Part shown: in pieces, positions 1 to 12,239 of the stretch
Layout of the letters: every line of letters begins with the position of its first letter
Numbering within the stretch: the stretch's first letter is position 1
NCBI RefSeq assembly: GCF_006345805.1
Contig: NC_043004.1
Coordinates: forward strand, 682,001-746,000
DNA: 64,000 nucleotides
Direction: 5' to 3'
Source: Octopus sinensis
Taxonomy: Eukaryota
Program-made: the position numbers and the translations under genes
Notes under the pieces: model-generated
Seen by the model: only the letters and a program-made list of their open reading frames with translations
Database searches by the model: none
What the model was told of the DNA's origin: nothing

Positions 1-135
1 TTCGTCTACCAAATCCACTCACAAGGCTTTGGTCGGTCCGAGGCTATAATAGAAGACACTTGCTCAAGTTGCCATTCAATGGGACTGAACCCAGAACCAT
101 GTGGTTGGCAAGCAAGCTACATACCACACAACAAT
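1..135 (-). mobile_element. tRNA-derived SINE family A, 5' part (truncated by window edge)
   Basis: Reverse complement matches the head shared by other copies: TGTGTGGTA-AGCTTGC..CCAACCACATGGTTC.GGGTTCAGTCCCA...CTTGAGCAAGTGTCTTCTA. Confidence 0.85.
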
Positions 136-612
136 TCCTGCACCTTTTAAGTGTTTTTTTTTATTGCCTTTATCTAAAAAGTCTGATCCGAAGCGGGGCA
201 ACTGATACGTTTGCAACTTCAGCAGACATCTTTGTTGCTTAGTTTTAATGCTTTTCCTTCTGTGATTGATCTCATATTGAACATCTTTTACAAATGTAAC
301 GATCCTAGTTCAATTATAACAAGAAACACAGCTGATGACACATTAACAAGAAATGACAAGTGGAAATAATGACAAAATCATTACATCTTAAAATCGGAAT
401 AAGAGCGGCTTGTGTGTTGTGAGTTAATTTGAAAAGAATTGACAGATCGAAATAACGAGGCGGAAAATGAAAGGAAGATTACATGGGAAGATTTGAGAGT
501 GACAGCATATCTTTGATGATTAGAAAAACTTATTAATGAAGGTATAAAGAGAATGAGAGGAACGAGGTGGAAGAAGAAAATAGGCAACGTGGGAGAAACA
601 AAGAAGTTAAGC

Positions 613-623
613 TAATAATAATA

Positions 624-670
<47 letters not shown>
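613..670. repeat. (AAT)n microsatellite
   Basis: Direct reading. Confidence 0.95.
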
Positions 671-1112
671 TTCAATTGATGTAAACGTATCTGCCAATAC
701 CTACCAAAAACTGAGCAAATATAAAGATCTTGAAATTGAAATCAGCAAAATGTGGAACCTGAAGACTAAAACAATACCTGTTGTCATAGGTGCCCTGGGA
801 ATGATAGCAAAAGGGGCTGATTGCTACCTAACTCAGATACCAGGAAACCCCAAAATGGCAGAAGTTCAAAAGATAGTGCTCATGGGAACTGCTCATATCC
901 TACGCAAAATACTTTCTATGTAATCTCAAGTTTTAAAACAAACAACTTTCGTATGGTTTTTTAGGCATTCACTAATACAACACTAAGTACAAAACCAAAT
1001 ATATGGCACCCTGGGCATAACACCAACATGAACTTCTAGCTTGTCTCTTGAGGTCTCTGGGTTAGACTTGGAGCCAACTTGTGCAAATGTAAAGCAAAAG
1101 TCAAGCATAGAA
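671..1112 (+). mobile_element. 5'-truncated RLE-type (R4/Dong-like) non-LTR retrotransposon, family RLE-A: endonuclease C-terminus plus 3'UTR
   Basis: 672-923 translates SIDVNVSANTYQKLSKYKDLEIEISKMWNLKTKTIPVVIGALGMIAKG...VQKIVLMGTAHILRKILSM*, with the KYxDL..W..P(V/I)xxGALG RLE signature; 3'UTR ends in (AAT)n. Confidence 0.85.
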
Positions 1113-1297
<185 letters not shown>

Positions 1298-1838
1298 ATT
1301 CTGTGGGACTTTCCAGTACATACAGACCGAACCATCAAGGCCAATAAACCAGATATTGTTGTGAAAGACCAAAACAATAAAGTTTGCTTATTGATCGACA
1401 TGAGCATCCCCTGTGATCATAATATCTCAGCGAAAGAGTTTGACAAGCTCAGAAAATATAAAGACCTACTCATTGAAATTGAGAAAATGTGGCATCTCAA
1501 GGCGGTTACAATACCAGTGATCGTAGGAGCGCTAGGAATGATCAAGAAGGCAACCGAAAATTATATGAGAATGATCCCTGGCTTACCATCCCTGCAAGAA
1601 GTGCAAAAGATTGTCTTAACTGGTACATCACACGTATTGAGAAGAGCATTGTCGATGTGAGAACTGTTGCTGCTCATGTATTTTAATTTAACTTAAAAAA
1701 AAAAAAAAAAAAAAATTAACGAACTACTGAGTTTGGTTTAATGGCCTACTAATATACACTATGAGTTTCTTTGCCCTAGGAGTCGGGAAGACACTCGGCA
1801 AGAAATGGAAGAAAATTTGAAAGAAGAAAAAAAAAGTA
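1298..1838 (+). mobile_element. 5'-truncated RLE-type (R4/Dong-like) retrotransposon, family RLE-B: PD-(D/E)xK endonuclease domain plus 3'UTR
   Basis: 1298-1660 is an uninterrupted frame ILWDFPVHTDRTIKANKPDIVVKDQNNKVCLLIDMSIPCD...KLRKYKDLLIEIEKMW...IPVIVGALG...LRRALSM*; A-rich end followed by (AAT)n. Confidence 0.88.
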
Positions 1839-2853
1839 ATAATAATAATAATAATATAATCAGTATATTTATTATGCTTTCATTAGTGTTTAGATGAATA
1901 TTTTTATAATTGCATGTATTTCAAAATTTCTCTGCAGTTTGTCTTCGTCATTTAAGGGGAATATTTGAAATTATGTAGATATATTAGGGACATCAAATGC
2001 AATAAGTTTTTTTTTAATATTTATTTTATAATTACTTCTAAATTTTACTGAAAAATATCCAATAAACTTATCTGTTAAAAATTGAGGAAATAATTATTTT
2101 TCTTTGAGGCGTCATACAAGCAGCCAACCTTGCTTCCTTCTCTTTATCTTTTATTTTTCAAATTAAGAAAAACATCTTTAACTTTTTTGATTACTGATGA
2201 TGCTTTAATTTTTAATGAGCCGCTAATTGTAAAATAATTCTTCCTTTGTTATATAATAATATATTGATTACACAGAGTCACACTGAAAAGTGCTTAATAA
2301 AATGTGCATATACAATGATATTTATCACATTCATTACACTCGAATGTTGGAAGACCTTTCGCTGCGAAAACAGTCTCAAGAGAAATATCTCCTCCTAGGC
2401 AACAACTATGAAAACGCATTGAACTACACATTAAACGACGTCATCAAATCATAGGACTCATCCATTTCTTGGTCGTTGCCAGACATCAGCTACGAATACC
2501 CAGTTTCGTAGTTTACAGCCCTATCATAACGGTTGTTCTGATATATTGCAACAACAAACAATAAATTTGTCGACGTAGCCTGACTAAGCTTTGCACACGA
2601 CAGCAAAAATTTACTGTTTCCTATTCTAACATATTGTAACTATCAGGATTGGTGGGAGGGATGTAGGAGGAAGAAGAAAAATACTGAGACATGACCCTAC
2701 TCCACATCATGCACTCAATAACCAGGAAGTCAATACTGATTAAGGTTACCACATAGGTACACCTTGGTGGAATTTGAACGCAGAATGCAATGGGCTTGAA
2801 CGATTCTGGCAGTTCATCGACTTAAACTGGTACTGTATTTATTGATCTTGGGA

Positions 2854-3163
2854 GGCGTAGGAGTTGCTGTGTGGTAAGTAGATGGTTCCGGGTTCAGTCC
2901 CACTGCGTGGCACCTTGGGCAAGTGACTTCTACAATAGCCTCGGGCCGACCAAAGCCTTGTGAGTGGACTTGGTAGACGGAAACTGCAAGAAGCCCGTCG
3001 TATATATGTAAATATATATGTATGTGTGTGTATATGCTAGTGCGTCTGTGTTTCTCCCCCCTCAAACATCCCTTGACAACCGATACTGGTGTGTTTACGT
3101 CCCCGTAACTTAGCGGTTCGGCAAAAGAGACCTATAGAATAAGTACTAGGCTTACAAAGAATA
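2854..3163 (+). mobile_element. SINE family A, interrupted near its 3' end by an RLE-A insertion
   Basis: Head GGCGTAGGAGTTGCTGTGTGG through ...AGGCTTACAAAGAATA; tail remnants (GGTCGATT, AAACAAGTAAAAGAG) resume after 3542. Confidence 0.85.
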
Positions 3164-3165
3164 TT

Positions 3166-3261
<96 letters not shown>

Positions 3262-3542
3262 TTCTATGCTTGACTTTTGCTTTACATTTGCACAAGTTGG
3301 CTCCAAGTCTAACCCAGAGACCTCAAGAGACAAGCTAGAAGTTCATGTTGGTGTTATGCCCAGGGTGCCATATATTTGGTTTTGTACTTAGTGTTGTATT
3401 AGTGAATGCCTAAAAAACCATACGAAAGTTGTTTGTTTTAAAACTTGAGATTACATAGAAAGTATTTTGCGTAGGATATGAGCAGTTCCCATGAGCACTA
3501 TCTTTTGAATTTCTGCCATTTTGGGGTTTCCTGGTACCTGAG
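3164..3542 (-). mobile_element. RLE-A 3' fragment with (AAT)n tail, inverted relative to the 671-1112 copy
   Basis: 3259-3541 is the reverse complement of about 830-1112 with roughly 3 differences; (ATT)n at 3164-3260. Confidence 0.9.
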
Positions 3543-4021
3543 GTCGATTAAACAAGTAAAAGAGTATGAAAGGCAAAATTTACCTCGAATTCATTTGCAC
3601 TCTGAATACAGCAGGTAATTCCGTCCGATGCCATAACAACTTTGCCAATTCATGTCATTGTTTTTCGCAGAGCCGCCTCGATGAAGCAGACGTTTGGACA
3701 AAGATATTTTCAAGCGTGTCGCTAGGCTTACATTGTATATCCAGCACTATAATTCTGAGGCGTTCTTTCATTTTGAACGATTAAACGGCGGACATCATCA
3801 ATTCATATTTCATTAGAGAACAGCGGATATCAATCATCAATTCATATTTAAAACATTTTATAAGGAAACATACGGCTATCATCAAAAGGAAAATGAATAT
3901 TTTACGGTTCTGTTCGATAATGAGATTGTAAATTTTACTTTGCAAAACACTAACGACTTTTATAGTTTTTGGACTTATTTAAAACGAAAATAACTCTAAA
4001 AATAACCCTTAAGATATTCTT

Positions 4022-4413
4022 TCTTTTTTCCTTTATTCTTTTACTTTTTTCAGTCATTTGACTGCGGCCATGCTGGACCACCGCCTTTAGTCGAGCAAAT
4101 CGACCCCAGGACTTATTCTTTGTAAGCCTAGTACTTATTCTATCGGTCTCTCTTGCCGAACCGCTAAGTGATGGGGACGTAAACACACCAGCATCGTTTG
4201 TCAAGCGATGTTGGGGGGGAGGTGGCAAACACACACACACACACACATATATATATGACGGGCTTCTTTCAGTTTCCGTCAACCAAATTCACTCACAAGG
4301 CTTTGGTCGGCCCGGGGCTATAGTAGAAGACACTTGACCAAGGTGCCACGCAGTGGAACTGAACCCAGAACTATGTGGTTGGTAAGCAAGCTACTTACCA
4401 CACAGACACTCCA
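4022..4413 (-). mobile_element. SINE family A, near full length, with internal (CA)n/(TA)n
   Basis: All family blocks present: tRNA-like head, internal microsatellite, CGCTTGACAA..CTTAGCGGTTCGGCAAGAGAGACCGATAGAATAAG, CCAGCATGGCCGCAGTCAAATGACTGAAA tail. Confidence 0.9.
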
Positions 4414-4605
4414 ATAATGAGATATTTTTTGTTTTTTTTTTGCTCGTTTGGTTTACACATTCATGAAACCTTTTCCAGTTGTTTAAGGGTTAAAACGGTA
4501 GTAAAATCCATTTTTTTTCTTATTGGTATCGAGAAGAGTTGTTGGCTTTACTTGTGGCCTCACTCACAGCTCTCTCTCTTTCTTAAGATCGACATAACGA
4601 TGTCT

Positions 4606-5051
4606 TATGTCTTTTACTTGTTTCAGTCGTTGAACTGCAACCATGCTGGAGCAACCCCCTAAAAGGATTCTATAGAATAAGTCAATCCCGGTACTTTAAA
4701 GTGTGGTAGTTACTTTTTTGCCGATCACCTAAGTACAAGAACGTTAAAAAAAAACGAACATCAGTTGTTGAGCAGTGTTGGTAGGTGGTGGCACAAACAC
4801 AGATACAAAGACACACATGTATGTATGTGTGTGTATATGAAGCAAAAAAGTGCTTGGGAGGAGGAGCTTTTTAAATCTTTCATCTTGTTTCAGTCATTAG
4901 ACTGCAGCCATGCTGGGGCGCTACCACGAAAAATTTTAGTCGAGCGACTCTACCTCAGGACTTACTTGTTGTTGGTCTTTTTTCTAAACTGTTACATTAC
5001 AGGAGCGTAAACAGACCAACGCCGGTTTTGCACTCACTGGAGTGAGGACAA

Positions 5052-5097
<46 letters not shown>

Positions 5098-5262
5098 CAC
5101 ACACACACACACACACACAATTACGATGGGTTTCCACAAATTTCCGTCTATCGAATTCACTCACAAGGCATTGGTCTGCTCAGGGTGTCGCTCAGTGGAA
5201 TCGAACTTGAAACCATGTGGTTTCAAAGCGAGCTTCTTAATTGTGCAGCCATGGCTAGGCCT
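4606..5262 (-). mobile_element. Two adjacent degraded SINE family A copies (about 4606-4830 and 4874-5262)
   Basis: Repeated TTTCAGTC..TGA.TGCA.CCATGCTGG tail blocks and head remnants. Confidence 0.7.
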
Positions 5263-5475
5263 AAGGAATTTGATTGACGTGAACATGTTCTCAATTCCTC
5301 GAGATTTGTGGATTTGTGTCAGTGGTAGAAAACAGTATAAACAGAAACACTCGAAATATTCAGGGTCGGAAATATTTAGCTTATAAAAGAGCTTGAAAAA
5401 AAAAAAAGCAAAGGAAAAGAAGAATACAATATAAGAGAATAGAGAGGTAAGAAAGAAATATAGTTGAATAAAAGG

Positions 5476-5593
5476 GGAGAGAGAGAGAGGGAGAGAGAGA
5501 GAGGAGAGAGAGAGAGGGAGAGGGAGAGAGGGAGAGAGAGAGGGAGAGAGAGAGAGGGAGAGAGAGAGAGGGAGAGAGAGAGAGAGAGAGAGA
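5476..5593. repeat. (GA)n/(GGAGAG)n purine tract
   Basis: Direct reading. Confidence 0.95.
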
Positions 5594-6055
5594 TAAGCTT
5601 CGATAAAGAGGACGATAAAAAAATAAAAAGAGCAAAGTGTAAGACGATTAGGTTGAAGTAACTGTGATGATATGAATGAAAAAGATGGCGGACACGATAG
5701 ACGGTGAGAGCAATAAGTTTGGGCAGAAATGAAATAAGATAGATGATAAGGTAACAGCATACAGGCTCATTTTTACTGACATCTCGGCAAAGAAATTAAA
5801 CTCCAGTAACTTCATTCTCTTCTTCTTTTGTGCTGACGTCAAATCAGATTTTGTTTGTAACTCAGCGGTTTCAATTTACCAAGTAAATGATAGCCAGTGA
5901 TATTCCATGACTGTATTTGCCGTTGATGAAATTGTTGAAAGCAGGACAGAAAAATCATTTAGGCAGATAAATAATTGCGTTCTTTTGATTAAAAGACGAA
6001 AGCATAAATAGGAGGGCAAGATTAACATCTTGTCTATTGCCTTTAGCAGGATCTT

Positions 6056-6330
6056 TTAGTATCTTTCATTGTTTCAGCCATGCTGGAGCACCGCCTTAAA
6101 AGGTTTTAGTCGGACAAATAGACCTAGTACTTATTCTAAAATATGGTACTCATTCTATTCGCCTCTTTTGCCGAACTGCTAAGTTACAGCAATGTAAACA
6201 AACAAACACCGATTGTCAAGCGGTAGGGTAGACGAACACACACACAACACGCGCACATACACACACACACACACATGATGGAGTTCAACAGTTCCTATCT
6301 ACCAAATTCACTCACAAAGCATTGGAAAAA
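6056..6330 (-). mobile_element. Degraded SINE family A
   Basis: CCATGCTGGAGCACCGCC...CTCTTTTGCCGAACTGCTAAGTTAC...ACCAAATTCACTCACAAAGC. Confidence 0.75.
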
Positions 6331-6381
6331 AGCCGCAATAATTATGCACCAACCCAATAGCTTAATATTTTAAGTAAATCG

Positions 6382-6630
6382 AAGGCAGTGAGCAGGTCGA
6401 ATCGTTAGCATGCCGGCAGAACGCCGAGAGGCATTTCGTCCGTCTTTACGTTCTGGATTCAAATTTCGCCTTGTCACATTCTGTGTCACGCTGAATATCT
6501 CCGAGGGTTACGTGAGAGATACACATGCCTGTGCTGTACTCTGCCACTTATATGTTAATTACACAAGCAGACTGTTCTCTTGATCGGACCAGCTGGAACC
6601 TTCGTCGTCATAACCGTTGGGGTACCCAGC
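6382..6630 (+). mobile_element. Chimeric SINE: family B head joined to the 3' half of the family D SINE seen at 33860
   Basis: GGCAGTGAGCAGGTCGAATCGTTAGC...TTCAAATTTCGCC then CTTGTCACATTCTGTGTCACGCTGAATATC...GGAACCTTCGTCGTCATAACC, which matches about 34050-34230 and 38940-39075. Confidence 0.65.
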
Positions 6631-6989
6631 GTATGTTGATGTCTGTCAAAATTTGGATGGAATTATAGTTATAAGTGTTTGATTAAATTTCAGTCGTGTT
6701 CGACTATCAAAGTCACCAATCGAATATTTTATTATCTCCATACCACTTGTAAGGCTTCGATGCAATTCATAAAGGATGTCATAACAAGATAACATCGATG
6801 AGGTGAAGCGAGTGTGCAACGGTCGGCTAGACTACATTTAAAAACAATAAGGTCATCTTTTATATTATAATCCTCGTATATCACGGTTTTAGTTTTTAAA
6901 AGGAAAATGGTAAATGATTCATCTCTTTGCACTTCAATCATTTAAGATCAAAAGCCATGAGAGCCACTGTCTGGTATAGCATCAGGGCA

Positions 6990-7151
6990 TTTATCGTTAT
7001 TACGCTTAGTGGTATTTCGTCTGTCGTTACGTTCTGAGTTCAAATTCCGCTTTCATCCTTTCATCCTTTCGGGGTCGATAAATCACTGCGGTCGATGTAA
7101 TCGACTATCCCCCTTTCTCAAATTTCAGGCCTTGTGTCTATAGTAGAAAGG

Positions 7152-7200
<49 letters not shown>
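6990..7200 (+). mobile_element. SINE family B with (ATT)n tail
   Basis: GCTTAGTGGTATTTCGTC...GAGTTCAAATTCCGC...TTTCATCCTTTCGGGGTCGATAA...GGCCTTGTGTCTATAGTAGAAAGG(ATT)n. Confidence 0.8.
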
Positions 7201-7230
7201 GTAGTAGTAGTAGTATCAGCAGCAGCAGCA

Positions 7231-7812
7231 AGGCGGCGAGCTGGCAGACTCGTTAGCACGCCGGGCTAAATGCTTAGTGGTATTTCATCTGCCGCTACGT
7301 TCTGAGTTCAAATTCCGCCGAGGTCAACTTTGACTTTCATCCTTTCGGGGTCGATTAAATAAGTACCAGTTTCGCACTGAGGTCAATGTAATCGACTTAA
7401 TCCGTTTGTCTGTCCTTGTTTGTCCCCTCTGTGTTTAGCCCCTTGTGGGTAATAAAGAAATAGGTATTTCATCTGCCGCTACGTTCTGAGTTCAAATTCC
7501 GCCGAGGTCAACTTTGACTTTCATCCTTTCGGGGTCGATTAAATAAGTACCAGTTTCGCACTGAGGTCAATGTAATCGACTTAATCCGTTTGTCTGTCCT
7601 TGTTTGTCCCCTCTGTGTTTAGCCCCTTGTGGGTAGTAAAGAAATAGGCATTTCGCCCGTCGCTACGTTCTGAGTTCAAATTCGGGCAAGGCTGACTTTG
7701 CCTCTCATCCTTTCGGGGTCGATAAATTAAGTGCCAGTGAAACACTTAGATAATCGACTAGTCCCCTCCCATCAAAATTTCAAGCCTTGTGCTTTTAGTA
7801 GAAAGGATTATT
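7231..7812 (+). mobile_element. SINE family B tandem trimer (one head plus three 184-bp-period units)
   Basis: Unit starts at 7280, 7464 and 7648; units 1 and 2 are essentially identical. Confidence 0.9.
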
Positions 7813-8179
7813 TCATTATTCTAAGCGAGCAGTTATGAGCTGTAAAAACAAGGAACCAAAAAATACTACACAAGTTCGATCCAAATCGCAAACTGCTGAC
7901 CACGATACATCGCTCGGAAGATCTAATTTCGCAACGAGATTAGAAATAGGGGGATCTTCGACAAGGTCAGTGGATATGCTTGAAAAAGCATACAAATCTC
8001 CCTCATATCACAGTGTCCCATTAAAAAAAGGGTCACATATTGAATAATGAAGTTCTAGATATACTATACTCTGAGTAGGGTAGAGGGAGAAGTTTAAAAA
8101 AAAAACCCAGGTGAGATCGTTTTGGTGATAATGCATTTTATTATAGGTTTACCTGAACGTCATCAACAACAACGATCAT

Positions 8180-8330
8180 GACCGCCGCCGCCGCCGAGCC
8201 ACTGACACCACCACCACCACCACCACCACCACCACCACCACCACCACCACCACCACCACCACCACCATCACCATCACCACCACCACCACCACCACCACCA
8301 CCACCACCACCACCAACAGCAACAACACTA
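8180..8330. repeat. (CCG)n-(CCA)n-(CAA)n compound trinucleotide microsatellite
   Basis: Direct reading. Confidence 0.9.
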
Positions 8331-8480
8331 CATATATTGTTGGTCCACACTGTATTGATACTCAAGTAACGCATGCAAAATGTATCTTAAAATGTGTTTT
8401 AAAGCGCTTTAACCAATGAAAATATCGTTTGAACAATTGGAGGATTTTCGGACGTTGACTGCTGTCCTACATACGTAGAC

Positions 8481-8520
8481 CCATCCATCCATGCATCCAT
8501 ATATACATACATACATACAT

Positions 8521-8615
<95 letters not shown>

Positions 8616-8743
8616 CATACATACATACATACATACATACATACATACATACATACATACATACACACACATACACACACACACAAACACATACACATAC
8701 ACATATATCAGTATATGTATGTGTGTATTTGTGTATATATACA

Positions 8744-8818
<75 letters not shown>

Positions 8819-8830
8819 ACGTATGTATTA
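8481..8830. repeat. Compound (ATAC)n/(AT)n/(AC)n/(GT)n microsatellite
   Basis: Direct reading. Confidence 0.95.
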
Positions 8831-9311
8831 TGTATGTACTGGCAGTACAATAGCTGGAATGTTGTTGAGATTCTATCCATGTATCAGAGCAAACAGGGCA
8901 TATCCAGTAACCCAGCTAGGTCAGTTACTTTAAATTTTGAAACCAGATCCAATGTACTTTATGTAAATGAATCATGGCTGCCGACTCCACTTTTGAAGAA
9001 GAAATGCTTCAACTGCTCACCGTGTATTTCATCTCAGGTTTAAACCACACAGGCTGAGTTTATAGAGTAACAGCCACCTATACAATTTATCTGTTACTGA
9101 ATCCCATTGTATTTGAATCTTATCTTGAGATAAATTGTCGATATTAGAGGGTTTTCCTCCCTTTTTCATTTGGAAAAACAAACCCCGCCTCAGAAACAAA
9201 ACAAAACCCTACTCTAAGGTTAATTTATAGTACTCCATGTTGTTAGCTCTAGTTTAGCCGTATTGAGCTGATCTATGAACAAAGGTGGTCCTAATGTAAC
9301 TACACCTTTGA

Positions 9312-10100
9312 TATTTTACTTGTTGCAGTCATTAAACTGTGGTCATGCTGGGGCATTGCCTTAAAAAATTTTATATTTTATATTTTACATTTTATATTTT
9401 TATATTATTTTGTATTACATTATTTTTATATTATTTTGTATTGCATTATTTTTATATTATTTTGTATAACATTATTTTTATATTATTTTTACATTATTAT
9501 ATTATTTTACATTTTATATTATTTTACATTATTATATTATTTTTACATTATTTTCATATTATATCATTTTTATATTATTTTTATATTATTTTTATATTAT
9601 TTTTACTTTATTATATTATTTTACATCTTATATTATTTTACATTATTATATTATTTTTACATTATTTTCGTATTACATTATTTTTATATTATTTTGTATT
9701 ACATTTTATATTTTATATTTTATATTTTATATTTTACTTGTTCCAGTCATTAAACTCTGGTCATGCTGGGGCATCGCCTTAGAGAATTTTTTAGTCGAAT
9801 GAATAGACACAAGTTCTTATTTTTTATATCGATTCCTCTTGTCGAAGCGCTAATTTAAGACGATATAAACTCACCAGTAGCGGTTGTCAAGTAATGGTGG
9901 TGGTGGTGGTGGTGGGGACACAAACACAAAATCACAAGCACACGCACACACAAACACATACGACGGGCTTCTTTCAGTTTCCATCTACCAAATCCACTCA
10001 CAATATTTTGGTCGGCCCGAGGCTATAGTCGAAGATACTGGCCCAAGCTGCCCCGCAGTGGGATTGAACTACTTACCACACAGCGACGCCCGTGCCTATT
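9312..10100 (-). mobile_element. SINE family A whose 3' tail block is duplicated around an AT-rich minisatellite (9366-9735)
   Basis: TTTTACTTGTT.CAGTCATTAAACT.TGGTCATGCTGGGGCAT.GCCTTA at about 9315 and 9732; TTATATTATTTTTACA-like units between. Confidence 0.75.
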
Positions 10101-10915
10101 TGGAAAACAAAACAAAATATAACACCCCACTACAAAATAAATAAATAAATAAATAAAATAAAAAAATCTTACCCTGTGGCTCTTTGATAACATTCCATAT
10201 GCTATTATTTAGCCCTAGTTTTTCCGTACTGAGCAGACCTATTAGCGAAGGTGTGTAACTATACTACATGTTTGTAAAAAGGTTGCCTCAACCGTTTAAC
10301 ACTAGGATAGAACATAAGCAAGAATTCGTAAGTTCTTAGTATATGCTTTGCCTCAACAAGCTGTTTAGGGGTACGGTTCTTTTCTTAATCTCGCCAGCCA
10401 TAATTCGTTGTTCATCAACTAATTAGAACTGGTTAATCCTTCGGCCTATATTGATGACTTTCTGGAAGGTGTGAGACGTTTTGGCACAGCTGTTTAGGCG
10501 CAACGTATTTGGCGTTGCTAGTTCGATGCTGAGTTATTTGACAGCAGATGTTCTTTCCCTCCATCTCTCTCTGTCTCTCTTTTCTCTTTCTGTTTGTATG
10601 TGTATATTTTTGCGCAGATGTGCACGTATTTGCCTCTACTGCCAAACAGTACAGTCACCAAAACAAGCTTAATAACAGTCAGCCGTGCCAAATTGCCAGC
10701 GTCCAAAGAACCGCTCCCGTTTGTCTCATTGCGTGACACAGAACCGTTAAAGAGAAAGACCCGAATAAAATTTCAGAAGGAATATTTGATGCACATAAAG
10801 AATTCATTATTGAATCCTTCTCATTGCCTGTAATTTCTGCTATGGATAAATAATACAAGCAAAAAATCTGGGTAAATTCTTTTTAAATGTAACTTCCAAA
10901 TTTGATGCTTTAGAC

Positions 10916-11190
10916 CAGTGGTCCCCAAAGTGTGAGTTACCACCTCCCTACGGGCAGTGGAAAGTTGAAGAAAAATGGGGTGATAACGAGGTTGTGAAAA
11001 GGGGACGATTGGTTTAAAGACAAACAAAATAATAGGTTCACCAGGTTGAATTTTATTTGCGAAATGCAGTGGCTTTGAATTTGCTTCAGAAAGAGGTCTA
11101 TGTTTGTGGTGGTAAGTTGGGCGTGGGGCGCTCGGAATGTAGCCCGAGTGCCAATGGGGTGGGAGCCCGAAAAAGTTAAGGAATCGCTTA
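10916..11190. mobile_element. Possible hAT-type MITE
   Basis: Left end CAGTGGTCCCCAAA preceded by CTTTAGAC (NNNTANNN); right end AAGTTAAGGAATCGCT is only a degenerate TIR and the TSD match is weak. Confidence 0.4.
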
Positions 11191-11229
11191 CTTTCACAGG
11201 CAGATAGTGAAAGTAAGTACTGTTTTGAA

Positions 11230-11400
11230 GTCAACGGCTCACAGGACTGGTTACCTGGTTCACATGTTTACTCGTTTACAATTAAATGGCCTGGAGCAAC
11301 GTGACACAAACTGTTTCGCTCAAGAACACAACGTATCACTCTGCTCGGAAATTGAAATCAGGGTCTTGAGTGTAACAAACTAACAAATGGGCTACGCACC
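11230..11400 (-). mobile_element. Degraded SINE family C
   Basis: CTGGAGCAACGTGA...GCTCAAGAACACAACG...GGAAATTGAAATC, shared with 48172-48410. Confidence 0.55.
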
Positions 11401-11519
11401 GACACGACTATGTTGATAAAGTGAACAAATGCAAACGTTTTGGCAATCTCAAGCTCAAATGTGATCCAAAATCAAACCGAAATCAGACTGAAAATGCATA
11501 CAGAGAAAGAGTAAACACT

Positions 11520-11910
11520 CGTACGAAGAGGTTTTGTTTCATGAGGACAATGGCCCAGCACACAAGTGCTTGCTTTCAATGGCTGCTGTGCGTGACTGTG
11601 GCTTTGAACTGGTTGATCAGCCTCCGTATTTTCCTGATTTCGCCCCATCTGACTATCATCTGTTCCCTAACATGAAAAAACACTTAGCCGGGAACCAGTA
11701 TTGCAGTGATGATGACGTTATATCTACTGTTGATGACTTTTTTAACTAATAAGACGAAAGCTTCTTCACCAATGGGGTCTAAGCACTACCACACCGATTG
11801 GAAGAGTCTGTTGATTGCAAGGAGGACTATACTGAAAAATAAACTTCATTTGGCCAAAATTCCATGAAAGTGTCTTGATCTGCATCTGGACCTTTCAGCC
11901 AACCCTCGTA
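11520..11910 (+). pseudogene. Mariner (DD34D) transposase 3' fragment with right TIR
   Basis: VLFHEDNGPAH...QPPYFPDFAPSDYHLFPNMKKHL, with 34 residues between the second and third D; frame continues with stops to ...DYTEK*; ends TTTCAGCCAACCCTCG-TA. Confidence 0.88.
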
Positions 11911-12239
11911 GACAGGCAATTGCACATCAAATCACCAACAATGTTTTTTTGAATTCAGGATCATCAATGACATTTGTTCCATTCATCAATAACTTGTCTA
12001 CATCGTACTTCATTTTCTTAACTTTACCAATAACCTTCAGATCAGAAGAACGGTGCTTTAGCCATCTTAAGCAAATAAAATACTATCTTCGTACATCTGT
12101 CCTAGTTTTTCACAAGTGTTTGGTTAAGAAACAAACAAACAAACAACGGGTAAAATAAATCATTAACAAATGAATAAAAGAATATAGGATGGAAATAGGA
12201 TTCTTTTTGAGATTCCAAGTTGTCTCGAGCATTGTGGAT

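Noticed and set aside
2335-2400. Degenerate zinc-finger-like peptide ECWKTFRCENSLKRNISS
   Set aside because: Lacks the first Cys pair spacing and both His ligands; very short and stop-bounded.
5648-5842. Minus-strand ORF with a signal-peptide-like hydrophobic stretch
   Set aside because: Ends in a stop with no good donor; hydrophobicity is expected from T-rich sequence.
7280-7812. Regular repeats resembling a CRISPR array or satellite
   Set aside because: Units are contiguous 184-bp SINE bodies with no unique spacers; eukaryotic context and no cas genes.
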